Shown here: positions 1 to 8,163 of the stretch, in pieces
Layout of the letters: the number at the start of each line of letters is the position of its first letter
Numbering within the stretch: the first letter of the stretch is position 1
Origin: a virus
Taxonomy: Duplodnaviria; Caudoviricetes
Strand: one strand, 5' to 3'
IMG/VR virus record: IMGVR_UViG_3300043781_000061
Span: 1-24,547 of that record
Length of the DNA: 24,547 nucleotides
The notes under the pieces: model-generated
The model's database searches: none
What the model was told of the DNA's origin: nothing
What the model saw: only the letters and a program-made list of their open reading frames with translations
Made by a program: the position numbers and the translations under genes

Positions 1-357
1 GATCGCGTTGGGCAGTTGCGAAGGGAAATGGTGCGGGAAGGAATTGCCGCGGTTGATAAGATCTACCTCCCGGATAATATTCGGGCCAGTGTTCTTTATG
101 ATTTGCGCGACCAAAAAGGGGTCACGACGATGCGTGACTTCTGGAAGCAGTGGTCGATTAGCAATCACAATGATGAGTTTACGCCCGAAGAATGTGACTT
201 AGAACGACAAGCACTGTTGTGGGCCTTCCGCGCCGAGCGGAATTATTTGAACATGATTGCTCAGCGGGAAGGGCTGCACCAGTATTTGTTTGAACTGTAT
301 AATGAGATTCTCCTGTCAGAGTCGATTTTGATTGACCCCCAAAGTAGTTTGAATTAA
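1..357 (+). CDS. 3' end of a host gene, possibly the cytoplasmic C-terminus of a CPA1-family Na+/H+ antiporter (partial)
   Basis: Frame 1 is open from base 1 to TAA at 355-357 and is more GC-rich than the elements. The C-terminus (ERQALLWAFRAERNYL...LYNEILLSESILID) resembles lactobacillus antiporter tails from memory; not verified. Confidence 0.45.
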   Translation, partial: DRVGQLRREMVREGIAAVDKIYLPDNIRASVLYDLRDQKGVTTMRDFWKQWSISNHNDEFTPEECDLERQALLWAFRAERNYLNMIAQREGLHQYLFELYNEILLSESILIDPQSSLN

Positions 358-369
358 TTGTTAAAACTA

Positions 370-399
370 TTGACAGTGAATAGTCGAATAACGTATAAT
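370..399 (+). promoter_or_regulatory. sigma-A promoter of the tRNA gene
   Basis: Perfect TTGACA (370-375), 18-bp spacer, perfect TATAAT (394-399), 16 bp upstream of the tRNA. Confidence 0.85.
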
Positions 400-415
400 T
401 CTACTTGTACGTTAT

Positions 416-488
416 TGCCCGCTGGTCAAATTGGTTAAGACGTCGCCCTCTCAAGGCGGAGTTACGGGTTCGATCCCCGTGCGGGTGA
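416..488 (+). tRNA. tRNA-Glu (anticodon CTC), CCA not encoded; integration target
   Basis: Acceptor TGCCCGC/GCGGGTG+A; D-arm GTC-AAATTGGTTAA-GAC; anticodon arm TCGCC-CTCTCAA-GGCGG; T-arm ACGGG-TTCGATC-CCCGT. Confidence 0.95.
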
Positions 489-494
489 TTTTTT
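474..494 (+). repeat. att core, copy 1 (tRNA-proximal end of element 1)
   Basis: TCCCCGTGCGGGTGATTTTTT, identical at 14335-14355; covers the tRNA 3' end. Confidence 0.93.
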
Positions 495-587
495 ATACTC
501 TCATTTAATTTAATAGAGTGTTAAACAGTTGATATAAAGGCATTTTGTTATTCGGGTGAAAGCCGGTAAAACTTATTTATTTGATAT

Positions 588-607
588 TTTGAACCGTCTT
601 TGAACCG
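588..607 (+). repeat. Putative integrase arm-type sites of element 1 (left arm)
   Basis: TTGAACCG twice, 11 bp apart (589, 600). The same pair occurs at 14269 and 14280 at the other end. Confidence 0.75.
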
Positions 608-637
608 CGAAAAATTAAATATTAGCTGTCGGGCGTG

Positions 638-664
638 ACTGTCACAATTAAGTGGCAGTTTTTT
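638..664 (+). terminator. Rho-independent terminator, probably ending tRNA read-through
   Basis: ACTGTCAC-AATTAA-GTGGCAGT stem followed by a T-run. Confidence 0.6.
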
Positions 665-904
665 ATTTTAAATTCGTATTCGTATTCGAATTTGCTATAA
701 TAAAAAAGTGCACTGGCAACCACCAATGCACGCACTTTCTTGAAAGGCCGTGAGATTATTACGGAATTTCTTGGTTGCGTCTGGCTGGTGGTGTATTGCC
801 GTACACCAGAACGAGGACGCTATCCGCTAATCTATCAGCCCTATCGTTGAATATAATTCAACCATTCGACTGGTTATATTATAGCATGGATTAGCAACTT
901 GACC

Positions 905-937
905 AACCGTCTAGCTTTCACGAGCTGGGCGGTTTTT
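905..937 (+). terminator. Rho-independent terminator
   Basis: AACCGTCTAGCT-TTCACG-AGCTGGGCGGTT followed by TTT. Confidence 0.65.
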
Positions 938-1030
938 CTGTTTTAAAATTGGAACCGGTCCAATCCCGGACCCGTATAGTTAACTAATTAATAATTACCC
1001 GCTGAACTGCTTTTCGTTTTGTCTGAGAGC

Positions 1031-1256
1031 AAAATAAAAGGACGGCCATTAAGCCGTCCTTTGGTAAGGAGCGGGGGAATCAAACCCCCGAAGAACCCTA
1101 CGCAATAGATCTTTATATACCGAAGCCTGATTAATGCTTAAAATATCCCGGACACTAAGGCATGGCTTGATGCACACGATAACGTTTCCGCCCAGCGCTT
1201 CTAAAGGGCTGTTTATTAACCAGATAACGGTAAAAGTGTGGGCTTCCTCACCCACA
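1031..1256 (-). ncRNA. Candidate ~200-nt non-coding RNA with a tRNA-like 3' end
   Basis: Minus-strand promoter TTGATA(1290-1285)-17bp-TATAAT(1267-1262) with TG extension. The 3' end reads GGGGG-TTTGATT-CCCCC-GCTCCTT-A-CCA, then terminator AAAGGACGGC/GCCGTCCTTT plus T-tract. Confidence 0.5.
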
Positions 1257-1286
1257 TTTCTATTATACCAAACGTATGTTTGCATA

Positions 1287-1577
1287 TCAATCTACTAATC
1301 CTCGTAACTGCTGAATCATGCTAACCACTTGGTAGGGGGTCTGTTGCATATCAGTCCCCCGGTTTTGGTACCAGAATTGTGCCAACATTTGCACGGCGAA
1401 ATTATACTGTTGGTACTTGGTTAAGTCAGCGTTGGCACTAACAGCATTCTGTACATACTGCTTAGCGTTGTCGATATAAGTATTAATTAGCCCGTCGTCT
1501 TCGCTACCGTCTAAATAGAGGGCCTGCTTGAAGTTGTCAACGGCCTTTTGGTCGATTGCGCTTGAGTTGTTATCCAT
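1287..1577 (-). CDS. Head-tail connector protein (HK97 gp6/SPP1 gp15-like)
   Basis: 96 aa; FKQALYLDGSEDDGLINTYIDNAKQYV...AVQMLAQFWYQNRG...MIQQLR pattern; RBS AGGAGG. Confidence 0.88.
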   Translation of the reverse strand: MDNNSSAIDQKAVDNFKQALYLDGSEDDGLINTYIDNAKQYVQNAVSANADLTKYQQYNFAVQMLAQFWYQNRGTDMQQTPYQVVSMIQQLRGLVD

Positions 1578-1591
1578 TTTCCTAACCTCCT

Positions 1592-2014
1592 TTATAAAGT
1601 ATCAATATTCAATGCCCTGGCCACGTCCTTGATGAATCCGTCCCTTAGCTTGTAAGCCTTGGTCTGACTACACCAGATAGCGTTAGTTGCTACCAGGTTT
1701 TTAATTGATCTATGGCGCGGACTAAAATAGCATTCCTTAATAATCTTTTGGGTAGTTTCGCCGGCCTGGTCGTAAACCTCTTCAATTACTTCTTTTTCGG
1801 CTTTGAGCCGTCTTAATTCTCGGTCTTGGTCAATAGTGATGATAAGGTTGTCATAATACGTCCAAGGGTGGTTCTGGGCTTTGCCACCGCCGATATTGTC
1901 ATCTCGTTCATGAAATGGGTGTTCAATTTCATATTTACGGGCAGCGATTTTCTTGTCAATCAATGGGTAATCTTTGAGAATCTGAACAACTAGGTTAGTG
2001 GTTTCCTTTCGCAT
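1592..2014 (-). CDS. ArpU/RinA-family late transcriptional activator
   Basis: 140 aa; LKDYP...DDNIGGGKAQN...D.EL..L...K..IE...IIKECYF...C-terminal HTH-like AYKLRDGFIKDVA. Confidence 0.75.
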   Translation of the reverse strand: MRKETTNLVVQILKDYPLIDKKIAARKYEIEHPFHERDDNIGGGKAQNHPWTYYDNLIITIDQDRELRRLKAEKEVIEEVYDQAGETTQKIIKECYFSPRHRSIKNLVATNAIWCSQTKAYKLRDGFIKDVARALNIDTL

Positions 2015-2028
2015 TTAAGCACCTCACG

Positions 2029-2059
2029 AAAAAAAGGCGGGCGAACTGCCCACCCCTTT
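2029..2059 (-). terminator. Terminator after the capsid gene
   Basis: Minus strand GGGTGGGC-AGTTC-GCCCGCC followed by T7. Confidence 0.7.
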
Positions 2060-2092
2060 GAGTTGATTGTTATCTTAATTTACCTATTTAGA

Positions 2093-3616
2093 TTACTTTG
2101 CCGTTGTACCCTTGGCACTGTCGGCCAGTGATAGGTTAAAGGCAGCGTCAGCGCTGATTGGCTGGTAGTCGTTACGAACAACCACCGATAAACCTTGGCT
2201 GTACATATCGAATTTATCCCATTGAGCGGTTACTTGATTGCGCCGGAATACTGCCACCGCTTCGGCAATGTCACCCAAAATCATTGGGTGGGTGCCATCT
2301 GAATTGTCCGGCAAGAACTTGTTACTAATCTTAACTACTGGCTGACCCAGCAAGCTGAATCCACTAGGTGCGGTAACATCTGGCTGTAACAGGTACCGGC
2401 CCTCATTGTCTTTCAAAGTATCAAGCACTTGGAAAGCAGATTGGTTAACTAGCCATGTTGAAGTGCCTTGTAATGCGGGGTCAAGATCTACGTTAAATAC
2501 TTTCTTCAAGTCGTCAACATTAGCAACGGCCTTCTTTTGGAAAGTATCACCCTGGAGCACTTTAATAATTTCGGCGTTGTCAGTGTTATCAACTAACTTT
2601 TGAAGCTGGTTCTTAACTTCGGCCACAATGTCAACTTCGGCATCGTCTACAATTTCATTGGAAAGGGCAATCTTTCCGGCGCGCGTCTTAGTTTCAAACT
2701 TAACATTTTCAAACATATTGGCGTCAACATCGCCAATTTCTGCTAGTTCTTCCTTAGTTGCTAACGTGGCCGTATTATAACGGGTGGCAATTGGGTAATG
2801 GCCGGAACCAGTGCCCACGGTCTTAACAGTGGCATAATTTGCCAGATTGTATTTGCTGTTCTTCAATTCCAACACGGGGTTTACTACTTCTTCGGGAATA
2901 ACTGCTTCGGCTCCCTTGGTGGTCAAGCCGTCCCGAGTTTCACCGCGTGAACGAATGTAATTTTCAAAAGCCATAGATGGTTGTTCTGGGTTTTCGGCTG
3001 GGTTTAGTAAAGTCTTTTGCATCTTGTCTTGTTCCTCACTTTCAATAAATTGGTTGTAACTACGAATGCTTGTCTTGTCTACGTCAACGTTACCGGCGTT
3101 ATAACTTGGAATGGTCACCGTTGACACCTCTAATAAGTCCTTAATCTTGTTAACTGTTCGGGTGATCTGTCCGTTATCGTCACGGGTCCAGCTGTCGGAG
3201 CCGTCGTCGGTATCAAAGCGGAAACTCATCGAATTAATATTGCCGTTCTTAACATTGTTTAGCGTGTCGTTGGCATAACTTACGTTAGGATCAATAGTGG
3301 CCGTGAAGTGAAGCCCCTTATCGTCCACATCTAGTTGTAAGGTGCCAGCCTTAACGCTTGCCAGGGGCTTACTATAATCGTGCTGATCCAGCATGATTAC
3401 ATTTGATAAGTCCACCCCGTCAAGGGCCTTTGGGTCGATTACCTCTACAAAACCGCCCAAGTCCTTGCTAGGCTGATTAAACATTAGGGCGTAGCCTTCA
3501 ATCTTGTTAGGTTGTTGACTATCCTGTGTTTGCCCTTGGTCGTCTTGCTGACTATCGGGGGTCGGCTTGTCCTGGTCAACTTTCAAGTTGGCATTAGTTG
3601 TTAGTCGTTTGTCCAT
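2093..3616 (-). CDS. HK97-type prohead protease / major capsid protein fusion
   Basis: N-half has protease motifs (IEGYALMFNQPSKDLGGFVEVI, DQHD, MSFRF, LLEVSTVTIPSY). C-half has capsid motifs (AVIPEEV, LKDNEGRYLLQPD, LLGQPV, GD...AV..F.R). Start placed at ATG 3616 behind AAGGAGG, not at 3655. Confidence 0.92.
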   Translation of the reverse strand: MDKRLTTNANLKVDQDKPTPDSQQDDQGQTQDSQQPNKIEGYALMFNQPSKDLGGFVEVIDPKALDGVDLSNVIMLDQHDYSKPLASVKAGTLQLDVDDKGLHFTATIDPNVSYANDTLNNVKNGNINSMSFRFDTDDGSDSWTRDDNGQITRTVNKIKDLLEVSTVTIPSYNAGNVDVDKTSIRSYNQFIESEEQDKMQKTLLNPAENPEQPSMAFENYIRSRGETRDGLTTKGAEAVIPEEVVNPVLELKNSKYNLANYATVKTVGTGSGHYPIATRYNTATLATKEELAEIGDVDANMFENVKFETKTRAGKIALSNEIVDDAEVDIVAEVKNQLQKLVDNTDNAEIIKVLQGDTFQKKAVANVDDLKKVFNVDLDPALQGTSTWLVNQSAFQVLDTLKDNEGRYLLQPDVTAPSGFSLLGQPVVKISNKFLPDNSDGTHPMILGDIAEAVAVFRRNQVTAQWDKFDMYSQGLSVVVRNDYQPISADAAFNLSLADSAKGTTAK

Positions 3617-4718
3617 CTGTCGTTCTTCCTCCTTGTTCCATAAAATTATCGCCATTTGTTACCGGGCCCAAGTTCAGTAACGCCCGGGCTTCGTTACGGG
3701 TGTACAGGCCGTTCACATAACCATCAACCGCCATTTGCTGCTGATCTGCTGGGTCAAGGCTTAATAACTTACTGTTATCAAAAATAAAATCTTGCCCTAG
3801 CTTATAATTCAGTTCAGCGGTAAAACAATCCTCGTAATGCTGTAATGTGCCTTGTAAGTACTGAACATTACTCTGTTGTTGATTGCTGTGTTCATTCTCT
3901 ACACCCAAACGTTCCGGCGGCAGGCCGAACGCCTTCGCAATTTGTCGGGTCGTCCAGTCGTTAGAGTTAACCAGCTTTAACACGTCAGTATTAAGTGGTA
4001 AGGACTTAACCTCCATGTTGTCATCGGTGACAATCGTATTAAGTGCCTTGTCGCCTGTTGTAGCGTCGTCAAACTGTTTCCGTATATTCTCTTTACCATC
4101 CGGGCTTAGATCTGTCTTGTGAGCTGTCACAACAGTTGTGCCGTGAATACCGTTATTAAAGAAGCTAGCCATTAAGCGATTGCCCGCCCCTTGAATCTTT
4201 AATTCATCTCTTAGGGCAAATAACGGAGACAACCCAACTAGTCCATCACGGGTGAAACACTTGAAGTGAAGAATGTTCTTTGGTGAAATTACCCGCTTAA
4301 TTCGGCCGTCTGGACTATACGTATAAGTTAATTCGCCGGTCGTATCTTCCTGTTGAAGGGTTAGCTTGTTGTTAGGAATGAAGTTCAAACTATGAGAGCT
4401 TCGGTCAATTTCGGCAAATGAATTACCATTTAGAAGCATTTCAACGGTCAGGGCGTATTTGAAACTTCTTCCGTCCATTAAGTCATTGGGACTGTCATTG
4501 ACCATTTTGTTATACAGGTCAGAACTGGACTTAATCGGGTTACTTGCCAGATCGCCAGCAATAATGCTAATAGCGGCGTAAATGTCGCTATTTCGTAATG
4601 CTGAGCCACTTACAAAGCCGTTCGGGTCGTTACTGGATAAACTAACCAGAGCGTCTAAAAACGGCTCTCCCGTGCCTGTGGTGGTCTTGTGAGTAAAAAG
4701 GTTATGAAATAGTGCCAT
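3594..4718 (-). CDS. HK97-family portal protein
   Basis: 374 aa; ALRNSDIYAAISIIAGDLAS, LLNGNSF, ILHFK...DGLVGLSPL, IAKAFGLPPERLG, TRNEAR; RBS AAGGAGGTG. Confidence 0.95.
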   Translation of the reverse strand: MALFHNLFTHKTTTGTGEPFLDALVSLSSNDPNGFVSGSALRNSDIYAAISIIAGDLASNPIKSSSDLYNKMVNDSPNDLMDGRSFKYALTVEMLLNGNSFAEIDRSSHSLNFIPNNKLTLQQEDTTGELTYTYSPDGRIKRVISPKNILHFKCFTRDGLVGLSPLFALRDELKIQGAGNRLMASFFNNGIHGTTVVTAHKTDLSPDGKENIRKQFDDATTGDKALNTIVTDDNMEVKSLPLNTDVLKLVNSNDWTTRQIAKAFGLPPERLGVENEHSNQQQSNVQYLQGTLQHYEDCFTAELNYKLGQDFIFDNSKLLSLDPADQQQMAVDGYVNGLYTRNEARALLNLGPVTNGDNFMEQGGRTTDGQTTNN

Positions 4719-4730
4719 CGTTTCACCTCC

Positions 4731-6443
4731 TTAGAATAAATTGGTTGCTGTTTCGTAGTACCGGGCCGTCCTTTGGGCTTCTTCCATCTTGGTGAAGTAG
4801 TCATATCCGGCAGCCCAAGCGTCAATCAGTGCCGCTAAACAATCAATTTTGTTTTGCTTCTTGGTCTTATCTAGTAGTGCTTGTCCGTTGAAGTTGTACT
4901 TCAAAATGGCATTTGATACGTTGTAGGCCAACATTTTGTTGCTTGTGTGAAGGATATTGCCTTTAACCAGTTCTTCTTTGAACTTACCAATCGGAATAGA
5001 TAAGTTCTTATAAGACTGGGTTAATTGAAGTTGTTGTAATCCCGCTTCCTCAAAACGGTTAACTAGGTCAGCCCACTTGTAGGGGTCAAATACCAGGAAT
5101 TTAACGTTTAAGTTATGTTTACCTACAAATTTCATCACGTAATCAAACACTGAATCATAGTCAATCAGGCCACTTTCTAGTGAACTAATCGAACATTCAC
5201 CCCGTTGAGCGGCTGCCTGGTAGTCAATCCCATCACGCTTCGACTTAGTAACAATTCCGCCATACCGAGAAACAAAGGCATGGGAATCGGCGTAAAACTT
5301 GCCATCTTCCAGGGGAACCAACCAGCTAATAGCGGTTAAGTCCCGGCTTTTTGAGAGGTCAGCGCCAATGAAAACGTCTTTCCCGTCAATGTTCGGTGCT
5401 TGGTCAATTAAGCCATGCTGCCAGTCCTGTTCACTGATATAAGAAGCCTCGTTTTGCTGGACAAACATATTCATGTTCTTAACCAGGACGTTGTTTAGGT
5501 TGCTTTGTTTAACAGCAACGTCAAGATCGTTTTGAATTTGTTCTTTCATCGTTCTAGCAATCTTCGGGTTACTCATCAATGGGTTGGCCTTGATCCACAT
5601 ATCTTGGTTCATTACCTCATCTTTGTTATCAAGACAATACATAACAGCAAAGTAACGATCATTAATATATTTACGTTTGAGAATATCAGCAGCATAGTCC
5701 CATTCTTTCTTAAAGGGTGAGTTTAGATTAAAACCGGCGGTGCTAATAATGGCAAGAATACCGTTGTCTTGCTGAATCATACCGGACTTTAGGGCGTTTA
5801 GGATAGTATCATCCTTGGCTTGGTGGTATTCATCAACAACCCCCAACGTTGGGTTATAACCGTCCGTGCTGTGGGTGTCGGTGGATAGGGGAACCGCAAA
5901 GCTCCCAGTTTCTTTATCAGTAACCCGTTGCTTGTTAATTTTGACCCGGCGACGCAAGTAATTAGAACTACGGCGCAAGTTTTCCAGTTGGTCACTCATA
6001 ATGTCAAAAGCCAGATGGGCTTGTTGTGAACTGTTAGCCGTAAACAACACTTGGCGGTTCCGTGCTGGTTGCTTTTCCATTAGCAGGGACACAACCCCAA
6101 TGGCAGCTAGTAGAAAACTCTTACCGTTCTTCCGTGCTTCGCTAAGTAAAATCCGATTGAACCGTAAGGAATTATCGTCCACTTGTCGCCAGCCATAAAT
6201 ATTAGCTAGAATGAACACTTCAAATGGTTCAAGGGTTAGCGAGTCGCCGTTAGTCTGGGGCAGGCTTTCCACGAATTTAATTACCTTGTGAGCGTACGTC
6301 TGAGAGTAATAAAAAGGGAAGTCATCATCTTCTTGGCGTTTCAAGTCGTCTAAGAAGCGTTGGCACGCCTTGATTACTAGCTTGCCCGCTACCTGGTCAC
6401 CATCAATAACGCTTTTAGCATATTCAACAGCACGGTCACTCAT
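4731..6443 (-). CDS. terL: Terminase large subunit (cos/HK97 type)
   Basis: 570 aa; Walker A ARKNGKS, Walker B VVDEYH, ISTAG, WIKANP, nuclease GADLS...KIDCLAA. Confidence 0.95.
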   Translation of the reverse strand: MSDRAVEYAKSVIDGDQVAGKLVIKACQRFLDDLKRQEDDDFPFYYSQTYAHKVIKFVESLPQTNGDSLTLEPFEVFILANIYGWRQVDDNSLRFNRILLSEARKNGKSFLLAAIGVVSLLMEKQPARNRQVLFTANSSQQAHLAFDIMSDQLENLRRSSNYLRRRVKINKQRVTDKETGSFAVPLSTDTHSTDGYNPTLGVVDEYHQAKDDTILNALKSGMIQQDNGILAIISTAGFNLNSPFKKEWDYAADILKRKYINDRYFAVMYCLDNKDEVMNQDMWIKANPLMSNPKIARTMKEQIQNDLDVAVKQSNLNNVLVKNMNMFVQQNEASYISEQDWQHGLIDQAPNIDGKDVFIGADLSKSRDLTAISWLVPLEDGKFYADSHAFVSRYGGIVTKSKRDGIDYQAAAQRGECSISSLESGLIDYDSVFDYVMKFVGKHNLNVKFLVFDPYKWADLVNRFEEAGLQQLQLTQSYKNLSIPIGKFKEELVKGNILHTSNKMLAYNVSNAILKYNFNGQALLDKTKKQNKIDCLAALIDAWAAGYDYFTKMEEAQRTARYYETATNLF

Positions 6444-6904
6444 GACAACATCGCCTCGAATTTGTCTTCGGGTTCGTCGCTATTAACCGCCTTGTGGATT
6501 TCCAGGCGTACCCGTGATTGTGGGCTTAGTCCCATTTGGCTATCGATTGACTTCATTTCTTTAATAGCCTTGTCCCGGGCCATGAAGTACGGGGATTGTT
6601 GTGGGCCACGCTTAGTATCCACGATAACGCCGTTCTTATTAATTTCCTCGGTGCACTTAATTACTGTTGAATAAAGTGTACAGTGGGTAGCAATCAATCC
6701 AACATCTAGCTCACTAACTGGGGCGTTTGCCTTTAATAGTGGCACAATCCGTTCCCATTCTTTGGCGGCTAATGTATCTAACCATTCCGGGGCGTCTGAT
6801 GTTAATGTTGGGTATTCTGCCAACGCTTTTTCTGCTTCCCGGCGCTGCTCCTTTTCCACCTTGGTAATATGCCCAATTGTTCTAGTCTTTGCTGGTCGCA
6901 CCAA
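6440..6904 (-). CDS. terS: Terminase small subunit (P27 family)
   Basis: APEWL...AAKEWERIVP, INKNG, SPYF...MGLSPQSR motifs; ATGA overlap with terL. Confidence 0.9.
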   Translation of the reverse strand: MVRPAKTRTIGHITKVEKEQRREAEKALAEYPTLTSDAPEWLDTLAAKEWERIVPLLKANAPVSELDVGLIATHCTLYSTVIKCTEEINKNGVIVDTKRGPQQSPYFMARDKAIKEMKSIDSQMGLSPQSRVRLEIHKAVNSDEPEDKFEAMLS

Positions 6905-6945
6905 TTTATCACTTCCTAATCGTTATATACTATACTTTATATAAT

Positions 6946-6954
6946 ATTATATCA
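6946..6954 (-). promoter_or_regulatory. Extended -10 promoter upstream of terS (candidate late promoter)
   Basis: Minus strand TGaTATAAT in an AT-rich tract about 40 bp upstream of terS. Confidence 0.45.
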
Positions 6955-7068
6955 TATATTAACGAACAAATGTTTGATTAGCGGAAATTGAATTAAATTT
7001 TCTCTTGACTTTGGGGGCTAAAAATAATCTAATAAAGTTGTCAAGAAATAGTGGAAAATAATAAAAAT

Positions 7069-7179
7069 CCTCAAGGCTTTGTTCGGCTTTGAGGATTATT
7101 TTTGTAAACGGAGCTTTTTTTCTAAAAGAACCCCAGCTATCCCAGCTCCTACGCAATTAAAATATAGCCCCCCGGTCAA
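7069..7179 (-). other. Candidate cos/packaging-site region
   Basis: Non-coding gap between HNH and terS, the usual cos position in HNH/P27 cos phages. Has a G6 run just after the HNH stop, CCCAGCT twice (7132, 7141) and a hairpin AATCCTCAA...TTGAGGATT. The cut site cannot be determined. Confidence 0.45.
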
Positions 7180-7662
7180 TTAATTTTGCCGTGATTGAGC
7201 CATTTTATTTTCTCGCTCGTGGTCTTGCTTCGTCTTAATCCGGTGGCAACGATAGCACAATGGTTGTAAGTTACTTGGGTCTAATCTTTTGTCCCAATTC
7301 TCACGTATTGGCTCTATATGGTCAACTAAATCAGCTTTCTTGATAATTCCCTTACGTAAGCAAGAAACGCAAACAGGGCTGTTCTGGAGCGTTCTATGGC
7401 TTAGCTTGACCCATGCACTCGTTTTGTAGAATCGGTTGTAGTCGTGTGGTGCTTTGGCACTTGCTGCCATTCGCTGACGATAGACGCGTTGGTTATGCTT
7501 GTGTTTCTCTTCCTTAGTCATACCCTGGTAGTTATCCCGCTGCCAACGCTTCTTGCGTTCCTCGTATTCCTTTTGTAAGTATTGGTGCTTACTACAATAG
7601 TATTGACCTACTGGTATTACTTCCCGGCAACCAGCAGCGTTACAGAACCGCATTACTCCCAT
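7180..7662 (-). CDS. HNH endonuclease (terminase-associated, gp74-like)
   Basis: FYKTSAWVKL, CVSC, VDHIEP, NLQPLCYRCHRIKT, plus an N-terminal C..GC...YC.KH zinc motif. Confidence 0.92.
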   Translation of the reverse strand: MGVMRFCNAAGCREVIPVGQYYCSKHQYLQKEYEERKKRWQRDNYQGMTKEEKHKHNQRVYRQRMAASAKAPHDYNRFYKTSAWVKLSHRTLQNSPVCVSCLRKGIIKKADLVDHIEPIRENWDKRLDPSNLQPLCYRCHRIKTKQDHERENKMAQSRQN

Positions 7663-7678
7663 TTAATTACCTCCAATC

Positions 7679-7707
7679 AAAAAGGGCACCACCTTAGTGA
7701 TACCCTC
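7679..7707 (-). terminator. Terminator between the 7713 ORF and the HNH gene
   Basis: Minus strand AGGGTATCAC-TAAGG-GTGGTGCCCT followed by a T-run. Confidence 0.6.
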
Positions 7708-7712
7708 ATGGT

Positions 7713-8147
7713 TTACTTGCCGCTATACTCTATAATGTCTAACGCGTTGTTCATAGCCTTTACTAAATCGGCTTGCCAATGAGCAATGTCTGCAACCGTG
7801 TTTCTAATTGTTTTACGTAGCTCCTCGGTTGATGGTCCGTTCGGATCAACTGCTGCTACCTTAGCAATAATACGACGCGCGGAAATTAACCAATCTTCGC
7901 GGCTTTCCTTAGCGTGCTTGCACATCGCAACTGTAGTAACTTCGTCTATTAGATCTTGGTTATGTTCTGGAAGTCCCACTTGCTTTGCTAACTTCGTTGG
8001 GTTTCCGTGAATGTCTACCAGCTCAAGGTTAAGCAGGGTACTAAAGAAATGCTGATTATCCGGGTCGTCCTTGCACTGGTCAATCAAAGCATTAACGAAG
8101 TTACTGTATTCTGGTTGTTCTAAGTAAGCTTCTTGTTCTTTAATCAT
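7713..8147 (-). CDS. Hypothetical protein (144 aa)
   Basis: ORF with RBS AAGGA, co-oriented with the operon; no family recognised. Confidence 0.7.
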   Translation of the reverse strand: MIKEQEAYLEQPEYSNFVNALIDQCKDDPDNQHFFSTLLNLELVDIHGNPTKLAKQVGLPEHNQDLIDEVTTVAMCKHAKESREDWLISARRIIAKVAAVDPNGPSTEELRKTIRNTVADIAHWQADLVKAMNNALDIIEYSGK

Positions 8148-8163
8148 ATCTATCTAATCCTTC

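Noticed and set aside
8-202. 64-aa plus-strand ORF
   Set aside because: Out-of-frame overlap with the host gene, which is open from base 1.
672-691. ATTCGT tandem repeat (ATTCGTATTCGTATTCGAAT)
   Set aside because: Too short, single occurrence, no supporting context.
1049-1285. 78-aa minus-strand ORF from the track
   Set aside because: Its start lies inside a consensus promoter and its end runs through a T-arm-like hairpin and terminator; an ncRNA explains the region better.
6959-7156. 65-aa ORF in the HNH-terS gap
   Set aside because: Low-complexity translation lying over the expected cos and late-promoter region.
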